Source: Octopus sinensis (Eukaryota). From it: DNA of 64,000 nt. The stretch lies in the NCBI RefSeq assembly GCF_006345805.1, contig NC_043002.1, positions 24,242,001-24,306,000 on the forward strand, written 5' to 3'. A program made the translations under genes and the position numbers. Positions 40,387 through 54,420 of the stretch are shown piece after piece (the stretch's first letter is position 1; every line of letters begins with the position of its first letter). The notes beneath the pieces were generated by a model. The model was not told the DNA's origin and made no database searches. It saw only the letters and a program-made list of their open reading frames with translations.

Positions 40387-43219
40387 AGTTTTGCATTTTC
40401 CCAAGGGAGCCTCTGCATAGTTGCTCAAACTGCTAGAAGTAGCATCCAGTAGTGTACACTAGATGATTTAGTTCTAGAAACTTTTAAAAAGACAGGATTA
40501 CCATGGTTGGAATGTCTCTCATCATAGGTTTGCTTAATCAACAACAAGATACAATTTTTCCTAGCTTACATAAGTGGGATTATTTGTTAGAGCAATTGTT
40601 TTTGCAGCAGTATGGATCTTCCTAGAACTAGCCCACTTCAAATGTGAAACAGGAGTGGCACTTACATTGGTTCGGTAGTACAAACTGGAGCAAACAGAAT
40701 TAGAAACTTTATTCAGAAACACAACACAGTAAAAAAATTTGAAATTATAACTATATATGGCCAGTATTCCAGTACTTTAATTGAGGTTATTGTCTCTTTA
40801 CCTTATATGTTATGCATTGTTATTTAGCACCAGACCAGTCTTGTTTTGAAATATAACAATTGTTATTGAAACTGGGGATGACAAAGAATTTAGTGTATTT
40901 GTAAAATAAAAAAAGAAAACAAAAAAAGAAAACAATAAAATGAATTTCAAATTCTCTTGTCCATAAATCTGTTTCTCTCATCATACTTTGCCCTTTGTCA
41001 TCACTCTCTGTCTCTCCCATTCTCCTTTGAGTTGGGGGGGCACGGTCTTCTGAGTTACACGATGACCTTGCTAGTATTAATGGCATGGAAAAAGCAGCAC
41101 CCAATACACTCCATAAAGTGGTTAGCATTAGGAAAGGCATTCAGCTGTAGAAACTATCCCAAAACTAAAAAAACTGGAGCATGATGCAGTCTTGCAATTT
41201 GTTGGATCATTTTGAACCATCCAACTCATACCAGTACAGAAAGCAGACATAAAATGATAATGATGGTGGTGACAATGATGATGATGAACAGAAATTAATG
41301 ATATCATTATCATGTGCAAATTAGATAGTTTCTCTGAAGCAGTGTTTTAAGGCCCAATGCCCTTCCTTCCTCATATAATATAATGAAATAATTGTATATA
41401 GTGCTCAGATGCACTACAACAATAAAGAAATGAATTGATAATAAACTGTATTTCACTGAACAAAAAATAAATTAAAATTCTTGTATAAATACTCACTCAT
41501 TTACATCAAGTTGTTCCTAAGGTCAAATTTCTTATTGAATGAGTTTGTTAAACGATCCAAGGATGAAGAGAATCTTGGTCACATTACTTCTGACAGTCTT
41601 CTCTTTAGTATGGTGCTCTAGATAAATATTATATCTGGAATGCTATACTGCATAGTAACCAAACAGTGTAGCATGTGTAAACATGTTTGATGTATCAAAA
41701 CATATTTACTTCAGGTTGTTGTTGTGTTGTGTAGTCCAACATAAGCCTTAACCCAGCCACGATCAACTTGTCTTATACAATATATCTAGGAATACATCAT
41801 CTAATGTGTTTCTTCTTTCTTTTAAGCATTAGAGTGTAATTTAAAAAACAATTAGGCTGTTATTTCTAGAAGGTGAAGCAGTCAGGTAGATGCTGGTAGT
41901 GTCATTGTTGTTTTACCCCAGGTCAACCCTGATATTCATCAGACCTGTGATCAAAAGCATTCCAGCTGTGACCAGCCTACCTTTTAATGAGTATGTTGGA
42001 CTACATTATCTAATGTAGGTAAATTTAAGATAAAAGTATATGATGTGGCTTTTATTTCTACCAAGTCAAGCAACCATGTAGAGACTCTCTCACCAGTAAT
42101 TGTACAGTTTGTTAATACTAGATAAGTATTAGTTAAGTAGACCTACAAGTAAACGTGTTCCATCCCATCTTTTACTGAGACAAAATGCTTGGTGGCATTT
42201 CATCTGTCTGACTTCAAACTCTGCTGAGGTCATCTACCTTTTATTCTTTCAGGATCAATAAGTACCAGTTGTGCATTGGGGGTCGATGTAATCAACTAGC
42301 CCCTCCCTCAAATTTCAGGAACTGTGCCCATAGGAGAAAGGGTCATTATTATTATTACATTATTTGTAGCAGCAGTAGCAGTAGTGGTGGTGGTGGCAGT
42401 AGCAGTAGCAGTAGTAAAAGAGCTATGGATAGAACTATTAGAATATTAAATAAAATATCATGCTGCATTTCTTCTGTCAATTTATGTTTACAGTTCAAAT
42501 TGCTGAGATAGACTTTGCCTTTCAACCCTTCAATATCAATGAGATAAAGTACTGATCAAGTGCTGGGGTCAATGTAATTGACTAATCCCTCTCCACAAAT
42601 TTCTGACCTCGAGCTTATGTTAGAAACAGTTGATATTATTACCATTCCACAAGAAAGTGAAATATGTTTTCCTATATATTTTAAATATCTGTTTAAACCC
42701 CTTGTGATTCAATAAACAAGATGTCAATAGTTATTCACAGATATTTTTTTTTCTGTATATCTTTCAAATTTAGAGACTTAAGGCTGTTTCCATTCATCTT
42801 TTCAGTTACTTTATTTTTTACATCCCTACATACAAGGCAGAGAATTTAGAACATTTCCTTCAGTATTTATTCAGTGAACAGAAAGAGCAAATTTGTAAAT
42901 ACCAGCTAATTCCCAAAGAGCTTTTTAAGACTTCATGGGATTAAGGTCTAACTCAATTGATGTTTCCAGATTATTCACTGCATATTCTTCCAGCTGATAA
43001 GTGGGGAGGTGATGTGGGCCAAAGTATTTTGCCCAGAAGCCTAACAAAATACCTGTAGCTGATTTGAACTCACAGCCTAAGGTCAGGTAGTTGAGTACCC
43101 ATTCACTATAGTATTTCAACTATATTTGCTGAGTGCTTAGTTAATGCCATCCAATGAATACAGTAATAAAATATATTGATGTGGAATTCATTTTCGAAAA
43201 GAATGAGATAGAAAAGTGG

Positions 43220-43400
43220 TGTGACTGTGTGGTAAGAAGCTTGCTTCGAAATACATGGTTCTGGGTTCAGTTCCACTGCATGACAGCTTAGGCAAGTGTC
43301 TTTCATTATATAGCTTTTGGTTGACTAGAGCCTTGTGAGTGGATCTGATAGACAGAAACTCAAAGAAACCCAGTACGTGGATGTGTATATATGGTGGCTG
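43220..43400 (+). mobile_element. Family B SINE (CORE-like, TG/TA tail), representative copy
   Basis: GTGTGGTAAGAAGCTTGCTTC...GGGTTCAGTTCCACTG...GGCAAGTGTC...GTGAGTGGAT. About 14 similar copies, e.g. 0.55, 9.5, 9.9, 17.5, 23.1, 28.4, 32.0, 35.9, 48.9, 50.9, 56.3 and 62.1 kb. Confidence 0.8.
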
Positions 43401-44304
43401 TCTACTCCTTATGCAGAGTCTGACCACCTCTTGTACCTACCTACACTTTAGATCCATCATGGCATCTGATGTGGCTTTTTAAAACCAGACAATGTATTGA
43501 AAAGACACCTACATAGTTTGCACATCCAATTTGGACCACCAAGAGCTGCAGTTAAGTTCTGATCTTTGTGGATCTTAAAATGTCTTTTGAGGCCTCCATT
43601 AGATTTGCAGACTTTATGGCATTGAAAGGTGTGCACAATTATAAAGGCAGAATAGTTGGTGGAGGTTCGTTATATATAAGTGTGTGTGTGCTTGTCTCCC
43701 ATCACTGCTTGACAACCCATGTTGTGCGTTTACATCCCTGTAACTTAGTGGTTCAGCAGAAGTGATCAATAGAATAAGTACCAGGCTTAAAAATAGTACT
43801 AGGGTCAATTCATTTGACTAAAAATTCTTGAAGCATGGCTGTAGTCTAATGACTGAAACAAGTAAAATGATAAAAGATAGATGGTCTTCAGTTGGTTCAA
43901 AACCCATGCAGGTATTATTTCTACCTGTATTTGGAATAGGACTCTTAGTTCTACATTACCTCAGTTCACTTGGCTATCAAGAATATCCCGGTTCAATTTC
44001 CATTACAGTTCCTTACCTTATTTTACAAATGGTTTTGGAAATGTCATAAACATCACAACTGTTTCCCCCACACCACCAAAATCAATAAGGGTTTCATTAC
44101 TCAGATGATGGATACCCTGGTGACAAATGTTGCAGCTCTTCACCTTGATTCCATTTATATCATTCTCACCAGTGTAGTGAGATAATTATTACTTTGATAG
44201 ATACATATTGAACATTCAGGCATATGTGATTGTGTGCATGTATGTGTGTGTGTCAGAGAGAGAATATCGCCAGCAGATATATAAGACAGTTTAGCCATTT
44301 GTGA

Positions 44305-44305
44305 A

Positions 44306-44342
<37 letters not shown>

Positions 44343-44390
44343 TTATAGCTTGTTATGAAGACAGACAGTCAGAAAGAGAAAGACATAGAG

Positions 44391-44434
<44 letters not shown>

Positions 44435-44445
44435 GATAGATAGAT

Positions 44446-44479
<34 letters not shown>

Positions 44480-44480
44480 T
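44305..44480. repeat. Compound (GA)n/(GATA)n microsatellite
   Basis: Directly visible. Confidence 0.95.
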
Positions 44481-45049
44481 CAGTCAGACAGAGGCAGAAA
44501 GAAAGAGACAATAAAGGCCTCAATAAAAATAACTGCTGTAGTCAACACTATCTCAACTTAGTATTATGATAGAGCTGGCTAGAATGCTGATAATGTTAAA
44601 TGATGCTTTTATTGATGTTATTGTTGCTGATACTACAGTTCATGTTGCCATTGTTACTGGTGCTTTAATTCATAGCTAGAGCTCTCTAAGACTATATTGT
44701 CATCATCAGAAGTACAAAAAAAAAAAGGTCATCAAAATTCTTTATAAGAAAGACCTTTATAACTAGGAGGCCAAAATCAGTAAAAGGCTAAACCAGTGTT
44801 TCTCAATCATTTTTTACCTTTGGAATCCTTTGATTACTATTTTATTTGGATGTACCCTCCTAGCCACTGGATGTTAAAAAAATCCTGTTATATTTTTATA
44901 ATATTAGGAATTGTATAAAAATAATTATAACCAATTTATTGCAGATAAATTTTGAACACTGAGGCATACCCAACACCAACACTGCTCCTCAAAACTGCTG
45001 GCCTTGTGTCAAAAAAAAAAATCAAGAAATCAAATATCATCACTTTTTT

Positions 45050-45931
45050 GAGAGCAGTAAATTGACAGAACTGTTGGAGCACTGGAAATATGCTTTAAAG
45101 TATTTCTCTCAGCTCTTTAAGTTTTAAGTTCAAACCCTGCTGAAGTTAACTTTGCCATTCATTGCTTCAAGGGCAATAAGATAAAGTGCTCAGTAAAGTA
45201 CTGGGATTGATGAAACTGATCTGTCTCAACACTCAAAACTACTGGTCTAGTGCCTAAATTTGAAACAATTGCCCCCTGACTGGCTCCCATGCCAGTGGCA
45301 TGTAAAAAGCACCATCCGAACATGGTTGATGCCAGTGCCTCCTGACCAGCTCCCATCTGTGGCACGTTAAAAGCACCCACTACACTCTTGGAGTGGCTGG
45401 CATTAGGAAGGGCATCAAGCTGTAGGAACCTTGCCAGATCAGATTGGAGCCTGGCTTGCCTGTCCTCAGTCAAACCATCCAACTCATTCTAGCATGGAAG
45501 GTGGACATTAAATAATGGTGATGATGATAATGAAAGTGGTGAGCTGGTAGAATCATTAGCACGTCGTACAAAATGCTGAGTGACATTTCATCTGTTATAA
45601 CATTCTGAGCTCAATTTCTTCCTATCTTGACTTTGCATTTCATCCTTTTGGGGTCAATGAAATAAGTACCAGTTGAGGACTCAGACCGATGTAATCAACT
45701 TAATCCCACCCCCAAAATTGCAGGCTTTGTGACAAGTGGTGGAGCTGGCAGAATTGTTACTGCACTGGACAAAATGCTTAGCAGCATTTCTTCTGACTTC
45801 ACATTTTAAGTTCAAATGTTGCCTTTCATCTTCTCCGGGTTGATAAAATAAGTACCAGTTGAGCACTGGGATCAATATAATCAACTTACCCACTCTGCCA
45901 AAAGTGCTGACCGTGTGCCAAAATTTGAAAC

Positions 45932-45967
<36 letters not shown>

Positions 45968-46514
45968 TATTATTAAGCTGGCAGCCAGCAGAATCATTAG
46001 CATGTTGGACAAAATGCTGCTAAGCATTTTGTCTGTCTTACGTTTTGAGTTCAAATGCTACCAAGGTTAACTTTACCTTTCATTCTTTTGGGGTCTATAA
46101 AATAAGTACCAGTTGAGTACTGGGGTCAATGTAATGAACTACCACCCTCCCACAAAATTTCATGCCTTGTGCCTATAGTAGAAAGGATTATTATTATTAA
46201 GGCAGCAAGCTGGCAGAATTGTTAGCATGCCAGGCGAAATGCTTAGCAATATTTTGTCTACCACTACTACATACTGAGTTCAAATTCCTAAGGATTATTA
46301 TTATTAAGGCAGTACGCTGGCAGAATTGTTAGCATGCCAGGCGAAATGCTTAGCAATATTTTGTCTACCACTACATACTGAGTTCAAATTCCACTGAGGT
46401 CGATTTTGCCTTTCATCCTTTCGGGATCGATGTACCAGGTTGAACACTAGGGTCGATGTAATTGACACGTCCCCTCCCACAAAATGGCTACCCATTTGGA
46501 AAAATTTGGAACCA

Positions 46515-46548
<34 letters not shown>
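45050..46548 (+). mobile_element. Cluster of about six head-to-tail tRNA-derived SINEs (family A, (ATT)n tail) plus one family D copy
   Basis: Repeated AGCTGGCAGAAT..TTAGC...GAGTTCAAAT(T)CC head (A/B-box-like) and GCCTTTCATCCTTT.GGGGTC.ATAAAATAAGTACCAG core. Further copies near 7.3, 8.2, 9.7, 10.3, 11.0, 31.5, 39.5, 40.2, 42.2, 42.5, 49.8, 57.9 and 60.8 kb. Confidence 0.85.
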
Positions 46549-46550
<2 letters not shown>

Positions 46551-47075
46551 AAGTGAGAAAGCAGTGCATGCCATCAAAGTGACAATATGTCCAATTTGCC
46601 TATCATGACTACCTACCTTATAAGGGTACATCAGGCATATGCATCACAACCACATGTGCATGACATGATGACCTCATATCAAGATAAACAGTGCATGACC
46701 TTGCAGGCAGGGCCCAGTCAGAATTTTCTTTAGGTTGAGTAGCCCATCCCACTCAAAAGGTCCCTGGATAAGGGTGGTTTAAGGATGATGAAGGAAACAT
46801 CCATGTTTCCAAAGGTGAATTATCCAAACCCCAAAGAATTCTTCTCAACACATGGCTATGATGCTCCCCCACTACCTCTGCTTGTGATCAGAAATGCACA
46901 TATTATCAACCACTAAGGGACATGCCCAACTGGTTATGGTCAAGCAACTGACAAGCAAATCTGTGGTACTGAGCAAAATATTTACTGTAGCCCATTTTTT
47001 CACTAAGGCAAAACATGTACATGTTAATGCTTCCAATCAGTTAAGATTAGAAGAACCACTGCCTGGTACTTCATC
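46549..47075 (-). mobile_element. ~525 bp element, copy 2
   Basis: Nearly the same ends as copy 1 (GTGAGA.AGCAGTGCATGCCATC...CACTGCCTGGTACT). Confidence 0.8.
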
Positions 47076-47960
47076 ATCATTATTAACATCATCACCTTCC
47101 CCTAAAAAAATTGTGGCCTTTTGCCAAAATTTGTGATTCTTCTTCTTTTTCTTCATCTTCTTATTCCAATAAATTCCTCTAACTAGTGGCAGAAATGGTA
47201 CAGCACCAGACTAAATGCCTTACAGTATTCAGATTCTTTTCCATATCTTATTAAAAACAAAAACATGTATTAACACCATTCCTTACAACACCACCATAAC
47301 TTATACTATTACCACCAACACCTAATACTACTACAACCACTAACATCATCAATACCATTTTCATAATCATCACCACTACCAATACCGCTACCACCATCAC
47401 AACTACTACTGCAGTAAGTAGACTGTATTCCATATCAAACCTAATCACTTTGATGTCTCATGTCAGTGAGTTCAAATACTGCCATGGTGAACTTCACCTT
47501 TCTTCCCTTCAGGGTTATGTTGTGTGTGTGTTTGTTTTGTGTGTAGTGAAGCACATAGCTCAATGACTAGAAGCACTATTATTGCCTGGACACCATCAAA
47601 GCTGGCTTTACGCCTAATTCTAAAGTAACTAACAACATGGTTTATTTATTGTAATCATCATCATCAAAGTTGTTGTCACTACTGGTAATCACAGATGCTT
47701 AAAACAAAGATAAGACGAATTAAAAAAATGCCACCTGACAATGTATATAGGTGTGGGAAAATAAACACTTCACACCCATACTCTTGTATCTAATCCTTGA
47801 GGACAAGCAATCATGTTGTTTAACTCCAGGTCAGCCCTTATGGAGAAAACTTATTATTGGAGGTATTGCTGCAGTTATCTTTCCATTCATATTCTGATGT
47901 AGTATATCTAGGAGTACAATTGTTCATTGTGTCCTTTTTGTGTGTTTTTTTTTAAATTTG

Positions 47961-48331
47961 ATAACATCCGTGCCGGTGGCACATAAAAAGCACCATCTGA
48001 ATGTGGCCGTTGCCAGCGCCGCTTTGACTGGCTTCTGTGCCGGTGGCACATAAAAAGTACCATCCGAACGTGGCCGATGCCAGCGCTGCCTTGGTTGGCT
48101 TCCGTGCCGGTGGCACATTAAAAACACCAATCGATCGTGTCCGATGCCGGACCCCCTGGCACCTGTGCAGGTGGCACATAAAAAGCACCCACTACACTCG
48201 CGGAGTGGTTAGGGCATCCAGCTGTAGAAACTCTGCCAGATCAGACTGGAGCAGCCCCTGGCTTCCCAGACCCGGTCGAACCGTCCAACCCGTGCTAGCG
48301 CGGAAAACGGACATTAAACGATGATGATGAT
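47961..48331 (+). mobile_element. Family D retroposon copy with four hairpin units
   Basis: GTGCCGGTGGCAC-type starts at 47970, 48037, 48104 and 48165; same 3' module and (GAT)n tail. Confidence 0.85.
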
Positions 48332-50214
48332 AAATTAAAGGATATTTGACAGCTATTTCTAGCCAGTTGAATCACTACATAAAAGCTTCTGCTCTATTTG
48401 TAGTGGTGGAGTATAAATGTATGGGTACATGGAGTTACACACTGGGTTGTTGTGAAGGGTGTAATGCAAATCATTCTTTGTTTTGTTTAATTTTAGAAAT
48501 GAGTCAAGAGAGAAGAGGTAATGCTTATTATTGTTTTAATGTCCAGTTTTCCACGCTTGCATGGATAGGACAGAATTTCTTGAGGCAGATATTCTATGGC
48601 CAGGTGACTTTCCTTCCTATTGCCAATCTACCAGTTTCAAAGTAAAGTAATAAATATTTCCCCAAGGCTGAACATGTTTTCATAGAAGACTGGAAATGAA
48701 TGGCACTACTTATAAGATAGTGACGTTCATTTAAAACAATTGCTTTATGTTAAGACAAGGAACATACATGTGTGCACATACACACACATGCATGCATGCA
48801 CACACACACACACACACACAGAGGCATGACTGTGTGATAAGAAATTTGCCTCCCAAACACTCTGGGCTAATGTCTTCTACTACAGCCTTGGGCTGACAAA
48901 AGCCTAGTGAGTGGATCTGGTAGACAGAAATTGAAAAAACCTGTTGTTTATATGTATGTCTGTGTGTGTGAGTGTATGTCTCCCTTGTCATGACAGTTGT
49001 AAAGCAATTGTCACTATCATACAAGCAGCATCAATAATTTCCAATATCCTGTAAGAACATATCTGGTCACAGGAAAATATTACCTTACTTGAGAACAGGT
49101 GACAGTTGATGACAGGAAAGACACCAGGGCACAGAAAATTTGCTTCAGTAAACTCCTGATCCATGCAGGTATGGAAATGTGGACATTAAAACAATGATGA
49201 TGATGCTATAATAAGCTTCTTTTAGTTTCCATCTACCAAGTTTACTCATAGAAGTTATAGTCTTCATAAATGAATGAGATGGCATGGTAAATGTAGGAAA
49301 GAATCACTTGTATCTTTCATCAGGCTCTATAGCATTAAGAAAAGTGAGAGTTGTATTCCTCCAAAGGACAAGTCACTAGCCAATGGTAGGGAACATTCTC
49401 AGATGATGTGATACTTCTGACAGCTAGACGAACTGCAGCTATAAGCATTTGCCCCAACAACAACAAAATACCTGCAGTAAATGTAAACTCATGACCAGAT
49501 GAGTTGGTGTAATATGACTTTATTTAACTATGAGTACATGGTGGGTGACCTCACCAGTGATAGTGTCAGGGTAAAAGCACCCAGTACACTCTGGTGTAAG
49601 GAGGGGCATCCAGCTATAGAAACCATGCCAGAGCAGACATCAGAGCTTGGCACAGCCCTCTGGTTCATCAGTTCATGTAGAACCATCCAACCCATACTAG
49701 TATAGAAAAAAGAAAGTTAAATGATGATAATATATATATACATATATATATAAAATGATTTCAAATTTTGCTACAAGGCCAGGAATTTTGGAGGAGTGGA
49801 GTAAGTTGATTGCATCATCCCCCCAGTGCTTTACTGGTACTTATTTTATCAATCCTGAAAGGGATGAAATGCAAAGTTGATCTCAGTGGAATCTGAACTC
49901 AGAACATAAAGATAGGTGAAATGCCTCTAAGCATTTTTGCCCAGAGTGCTAATGATTCTGCCAGCTCGCCACCATAATAATAACACATGAGTGAATAGTG
50001 GAGTATATTTAGACTCTGAGAGAGGAGTAAGCCATATGGAATTTTCTGTTTGTTTGACACTTAAAGTTTCCATGGGAGACATTTTCCTTCAGATAATTTC
50101 AGATAGCTGCAGTTCGTGTGAGTGCTTCTTGTGAGTGCAGTTCGTGTGAATGCTTGGATTATCTAATCCCTTCTTGTTTTAAATATACATATGTGTGTGT
50201 GTGTGTGTGTGCGT

Positions 50215-50279
<65 letters not shown>

Positions 50280-53200
50280 TGCACAGACATACACTTTTGG
50301 CAGTAACTAACTCCAGAGAGTTGGTTCTAACTTCATGGGATTAAAACAGATGAAAGATAAATCTCCCTTGGATATAGTAACTTTCTCAAGTCATCTGGTA
50401 CCTACTATATGTGAGAGTTAGGATATGGTTCAATGTTAAATATTAGCCAGTGTTGAGTATATAACATTACCTATGTTGTGAAAAACCTCGTATGGAAAGG
50501 GTGGATTTCAGACAGACCTTGTCAGTGAAATTTGTCACACAAAAACTGTACAGAAGATCGTTATATATACTATCATCATCATTTCTTTTTACATCCACTT
50601 TTCCATGCTCATACAAACACACACATTTATATACATACACATATATACACACACTTATAAATGAGTGTGCTTGTGCACAAGCTTTTTGAATGTGTGTACA
50701 CACTGACACATGAATATACAAAAGGAATCGCTGTGTGGTGAAGAAGTCTGCTTCCCAACCATGTGGTTTGGGGTTCAGTTCCACTGCATGCTACTCAAGG
50801 CAAGTGTCTTCTAGCGTGATATCTTTCATTTTGAATCAGGTGGATCTTTATTGTCTTGCTAAAGACTATATGCTTGTATGTATTCATCATCATCATCACA
50901 CCATGGCTGTGAGAAGTTTGCTTTCCAACCATATGGTTCTGGGCTCAGTCACACAGCATGGCACTTGAGCAAGTGTCTTCTGAGTGGATTTGGTAGATGG
51001 AAACTGACTGAAGCATGCTGTGTGTGTGTGTATGTGTGTGCGCGCGCCTCCTTGTCCTGACATTGATAGTTGTAAAATGCTTGTCACTGTCATACAAGCA
51101 GTGTCATTTTTTTCCAATATTCTGCCCAAACATGTCAATGAAGAAATATTTGTCACGCATCTAAACAAGTGAGGGTTGGCGACAGGAAGGGCATCCGGGC
51201 GTTGAAATCTGCCTCAACTCCATTCGGGAAAGTAGACGTTAAAATGATGATGATGATGATGATGACATATATATATTTATGTTATTATATGTGTGTGTGT
51301 GATTATTTAAAATGGTATGTAGAATTTTTTTAGTGTTATTGTTTCAATAAAAACTTTTGTCGCAGCTCTGAAGTATTAGTATGCATTCATTGCTTTTTGA
51401 GTTGTACTCCAATCAATGTGAATTAAGGTGTACTCTGTTAAATTCAGGTACGAGTGTGAGGGCATGTATATCCGTGTGCATTGGTGAACATTTGTTTACA
51501 AATGAGGGAAAAAAGTATCCAATAAATAAAGTAGTGTGTATGTGTAACGAAAAGGGTGCCGATTCTCAATGTATTGAGAAATTAAAATAACCACAAATAC
51601 ACCAAAGACGCAGACAAAAGATGGAGAAAAAAAACTGCTAGTATACATTGCATATTACAAAGAAAGTACAATTTTATAGGCAGCATATATTATATTTAAG
51701 TACACACACGCACCAATATAGTCTTCAGAAAGATCCAGTTGAATGAATACGAAAGATATCAACATACAACGAAGAAAAGGGTATGGATGAAAACAAAGAG
51801 CAGTATGGCATATGACATCAAATGGAGTATTCCACAATATGTATTACACCAGCATACATACACTGTGTGTGTGTGTGTGTGTAATTGTCTAAAAATCCAC
51901 AAAGCGAAAAACAAAACAAACACTCAAATTGGTTAAATGGAGTTGGTATATCATTATTATTGTCGGGGTTACCTCAACCACAGCATGAAGCCAATAATAA
52001 GTGTATACACACACACACACACACACACAAAGAAATGGACAGCGAGAGAGCACAATAAGGAGCGAAACACAATTATGAAAGAAACACACCATGCTGCATA
52101 AAACATTTCCCACACACACACTATATATATATATATATATATATGAAACAAGAATAGACTCAATGAATCACACAATACACAGCTATAATTACATTATAAC
52201 AAAGCTTGGTGGCTTCAATTCACAGCGTCACTAAAATACATATGGGTATAAGTCCGTATATGTATTTATATATAATACATAACAGAAATGCTAAGTAAAG
52301 AAGCACATCAGACATTATACCACTTCACACAACGTATCCAAAACACTATATACAAAACAATAATAACCACATCCACATATCCACAGAGACCACACTGCAA
52401 AATATATCACGAGCCAATGGAGAATCCTCTGCGCGATAAATAAAAATTCTAGAAATAGTTGTTAAATCTCCTTTAATTAACACGCTAGTGAACTAAAATG
52501 GAAGGGCACGTTGGATAATCTATTCCTAGATTTCTGGATAAACAAAAAGATTAGATGGGCAGAACTGGAACATCTTTCACTATAGGCCTGCTCGATCAAG
52601 GCTGAGCTGGAGTTAAACAACAACAGAAAATATACACTAACACATAGAAAATAGAAAACAATATAATTGTTCTATATTATATATAATTTATATAAAACAA
52701 AAACGGAACACAATAAATCATCCAATTCATTCAAAACAAAATATGCCATAATATTGCCAGACACAAAACACACAGCAAAGGAACTGGCATATGTACAAAC
52801 TCAACCCATCAGAAATCACACTTCTTCAGAGAACTATACACAATAGATCACACATTACTTAACAAAATAAATCACACTACTTCACAACACAACACACAAT
52901 AGATCACACACCATTTCATAACACAATATACAATAGCTCACACACTTCTTCACATCACTCTACGCCATAACATACCACAGATATACTACTTCGCAACATC
53001 ACGCACTATACCATAATACAACCAAAGAGAATCACTATTTCACAACCTAACACTACAGACTTACAAGGTAACACACCACACAATGCTTATAGATTACATT
53101 GCTACATAACAGAATGCAATACAACACACACAACATGACAGATTTCACAACATATACAAAAGAAGCAGAAAGACCCTCAACAACTCTAAACATTTCCCCC

Positions 53201-53497
53201 ATCATGTACAGCAAAAATGAAGAGAAAGATTTTTTTTCAATGAATGAGCCTCGACAATATGTAGCAGTTTCTTTCTTGCCCAACGAAAGATAAATGCAAG
53301 TCATAAACAAACGAAAGGTTGCCAAACCTCTTCCAGGCCAGGGAGAAGCTCTTTTATTTAGCTTCCATCCTTCATCTTTTTTTTTTTTATGACTTTAACG
53401 AACTGAAACCGCCTTTCTTGTGATGCTGTATTTTTTTTTCTTTTCGTTCTGACTTTGGAAAAATAAATTTGAATGAAAAAAATCTGTCAATATTTAC

Positions 53498-53630
53498 CTT
53501 AGTCAATCGACGTCTCACTGTTCTTACGTTGTTTGTTTAATCCTCCAAACTGAAGGAGCAAAGATGTCCTAGGAACAACGACTTTAAACGTCCTGGTAAC
53601 AAAGTATGTTTACTAAAATCCTCGGCCATC
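53498..53630 (-). other. Candidate non-coding 5' exon of the minus-strand gene
   Basis: Strong minus donor AAG|GTAAAT (GT 53497-53496) at the end of a unique CpG-containing stretch inside the island. The 5' boundary is undetermined. Confidence 0.4.
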
Positions 53631-54189
53631 TCTCGCTTTCTATTAATACTTCCTTTCTCACCCTCTCAATACATGAGTAAATTTCGTTTCTCTTCACTCA
53701 CTCTCTAAAAGATTCTACATATTTTCCTTACTTTCACTCATCTCCTAAACATATTCTCTCAAGTTCCCTATCGTCTGTTTTTGTCAGTATCACCATGCTA
53801 CTCTCTCTCTATTTGTTTATGTTTCTTTTCACTGGTATCTTTCTTTCGCATCTAATCCCCCTCACTCATCAGCAATCTTTGTAACGGTGGCTATCACTCA
53901 TACTACTCCCCTTTGCTCATTTTCGCGATATTTCACACATACACCTCCTTTATTTTCCTTTTCATAGAAATATAATTTTTTTGTATATCCTCTTTACATT
54001 TTATTTTCAAATCATTCTGGTAGTGGATAAGGTGGGGAGGTCTTTTCATCTATATTTTGTGTATGTTTATCTCTCTCTCTTACTCCCTCTATTTATATCT
54101 GTTTCTCTTTTACACCACTCAACCAGCTTAGCCATACTTTCGTAATTAGCCATTTATTTTATTTAATCCATCATTCATATATTTGTTTA

Positions 54190-54420
54190 TTTCCTATTCC
54201 GGAAAGAGTGTTACCGGAATTCAACGAAAGTATACGAGTGTTACCGGAAAAAGCAGAAGAAAAACCACCTAAAAACCTCCCGAACGGTCAACTTTGCAAA
54301 GAGTTACCTCCCTTCCCAAGTCGTCTGCGGTGCGTCAAAATGGTAGAACACGTTGGCAGTTTACATAGGCATCACCACCCTCACCAATTTATAACCGGCA
54401 ATAACGTGAGTAAAAATGAA
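54190..54420. promoter_or_regulatory. Candidate housekeeping-type, probably bidirectional promoter
   Basis: Unique CpG-rich sequence with three CCGGAA ETS-type motifs (TTCCGGAA 54197-54204; GAGTGTTACCGGAA at 54206-54219 and 54236-54249) and YY1-like CAAAATGG. Plus donor AAC|GTGAGT at 54406; minus donor GAG|GTAACT at 54307. Confidence 0.7.
54340..54405 (+). CDS. Candidate first coding exon of an unidentified gene (MVEHVGSLHRHHHPHQFITGNN, phase 0)
   Basis: ATG in strong context (AAAATGG), 22 open codons, then a consensus GTGAGT donor, next to the promoter motifs. No homology recognised. Confidence 0.4.
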
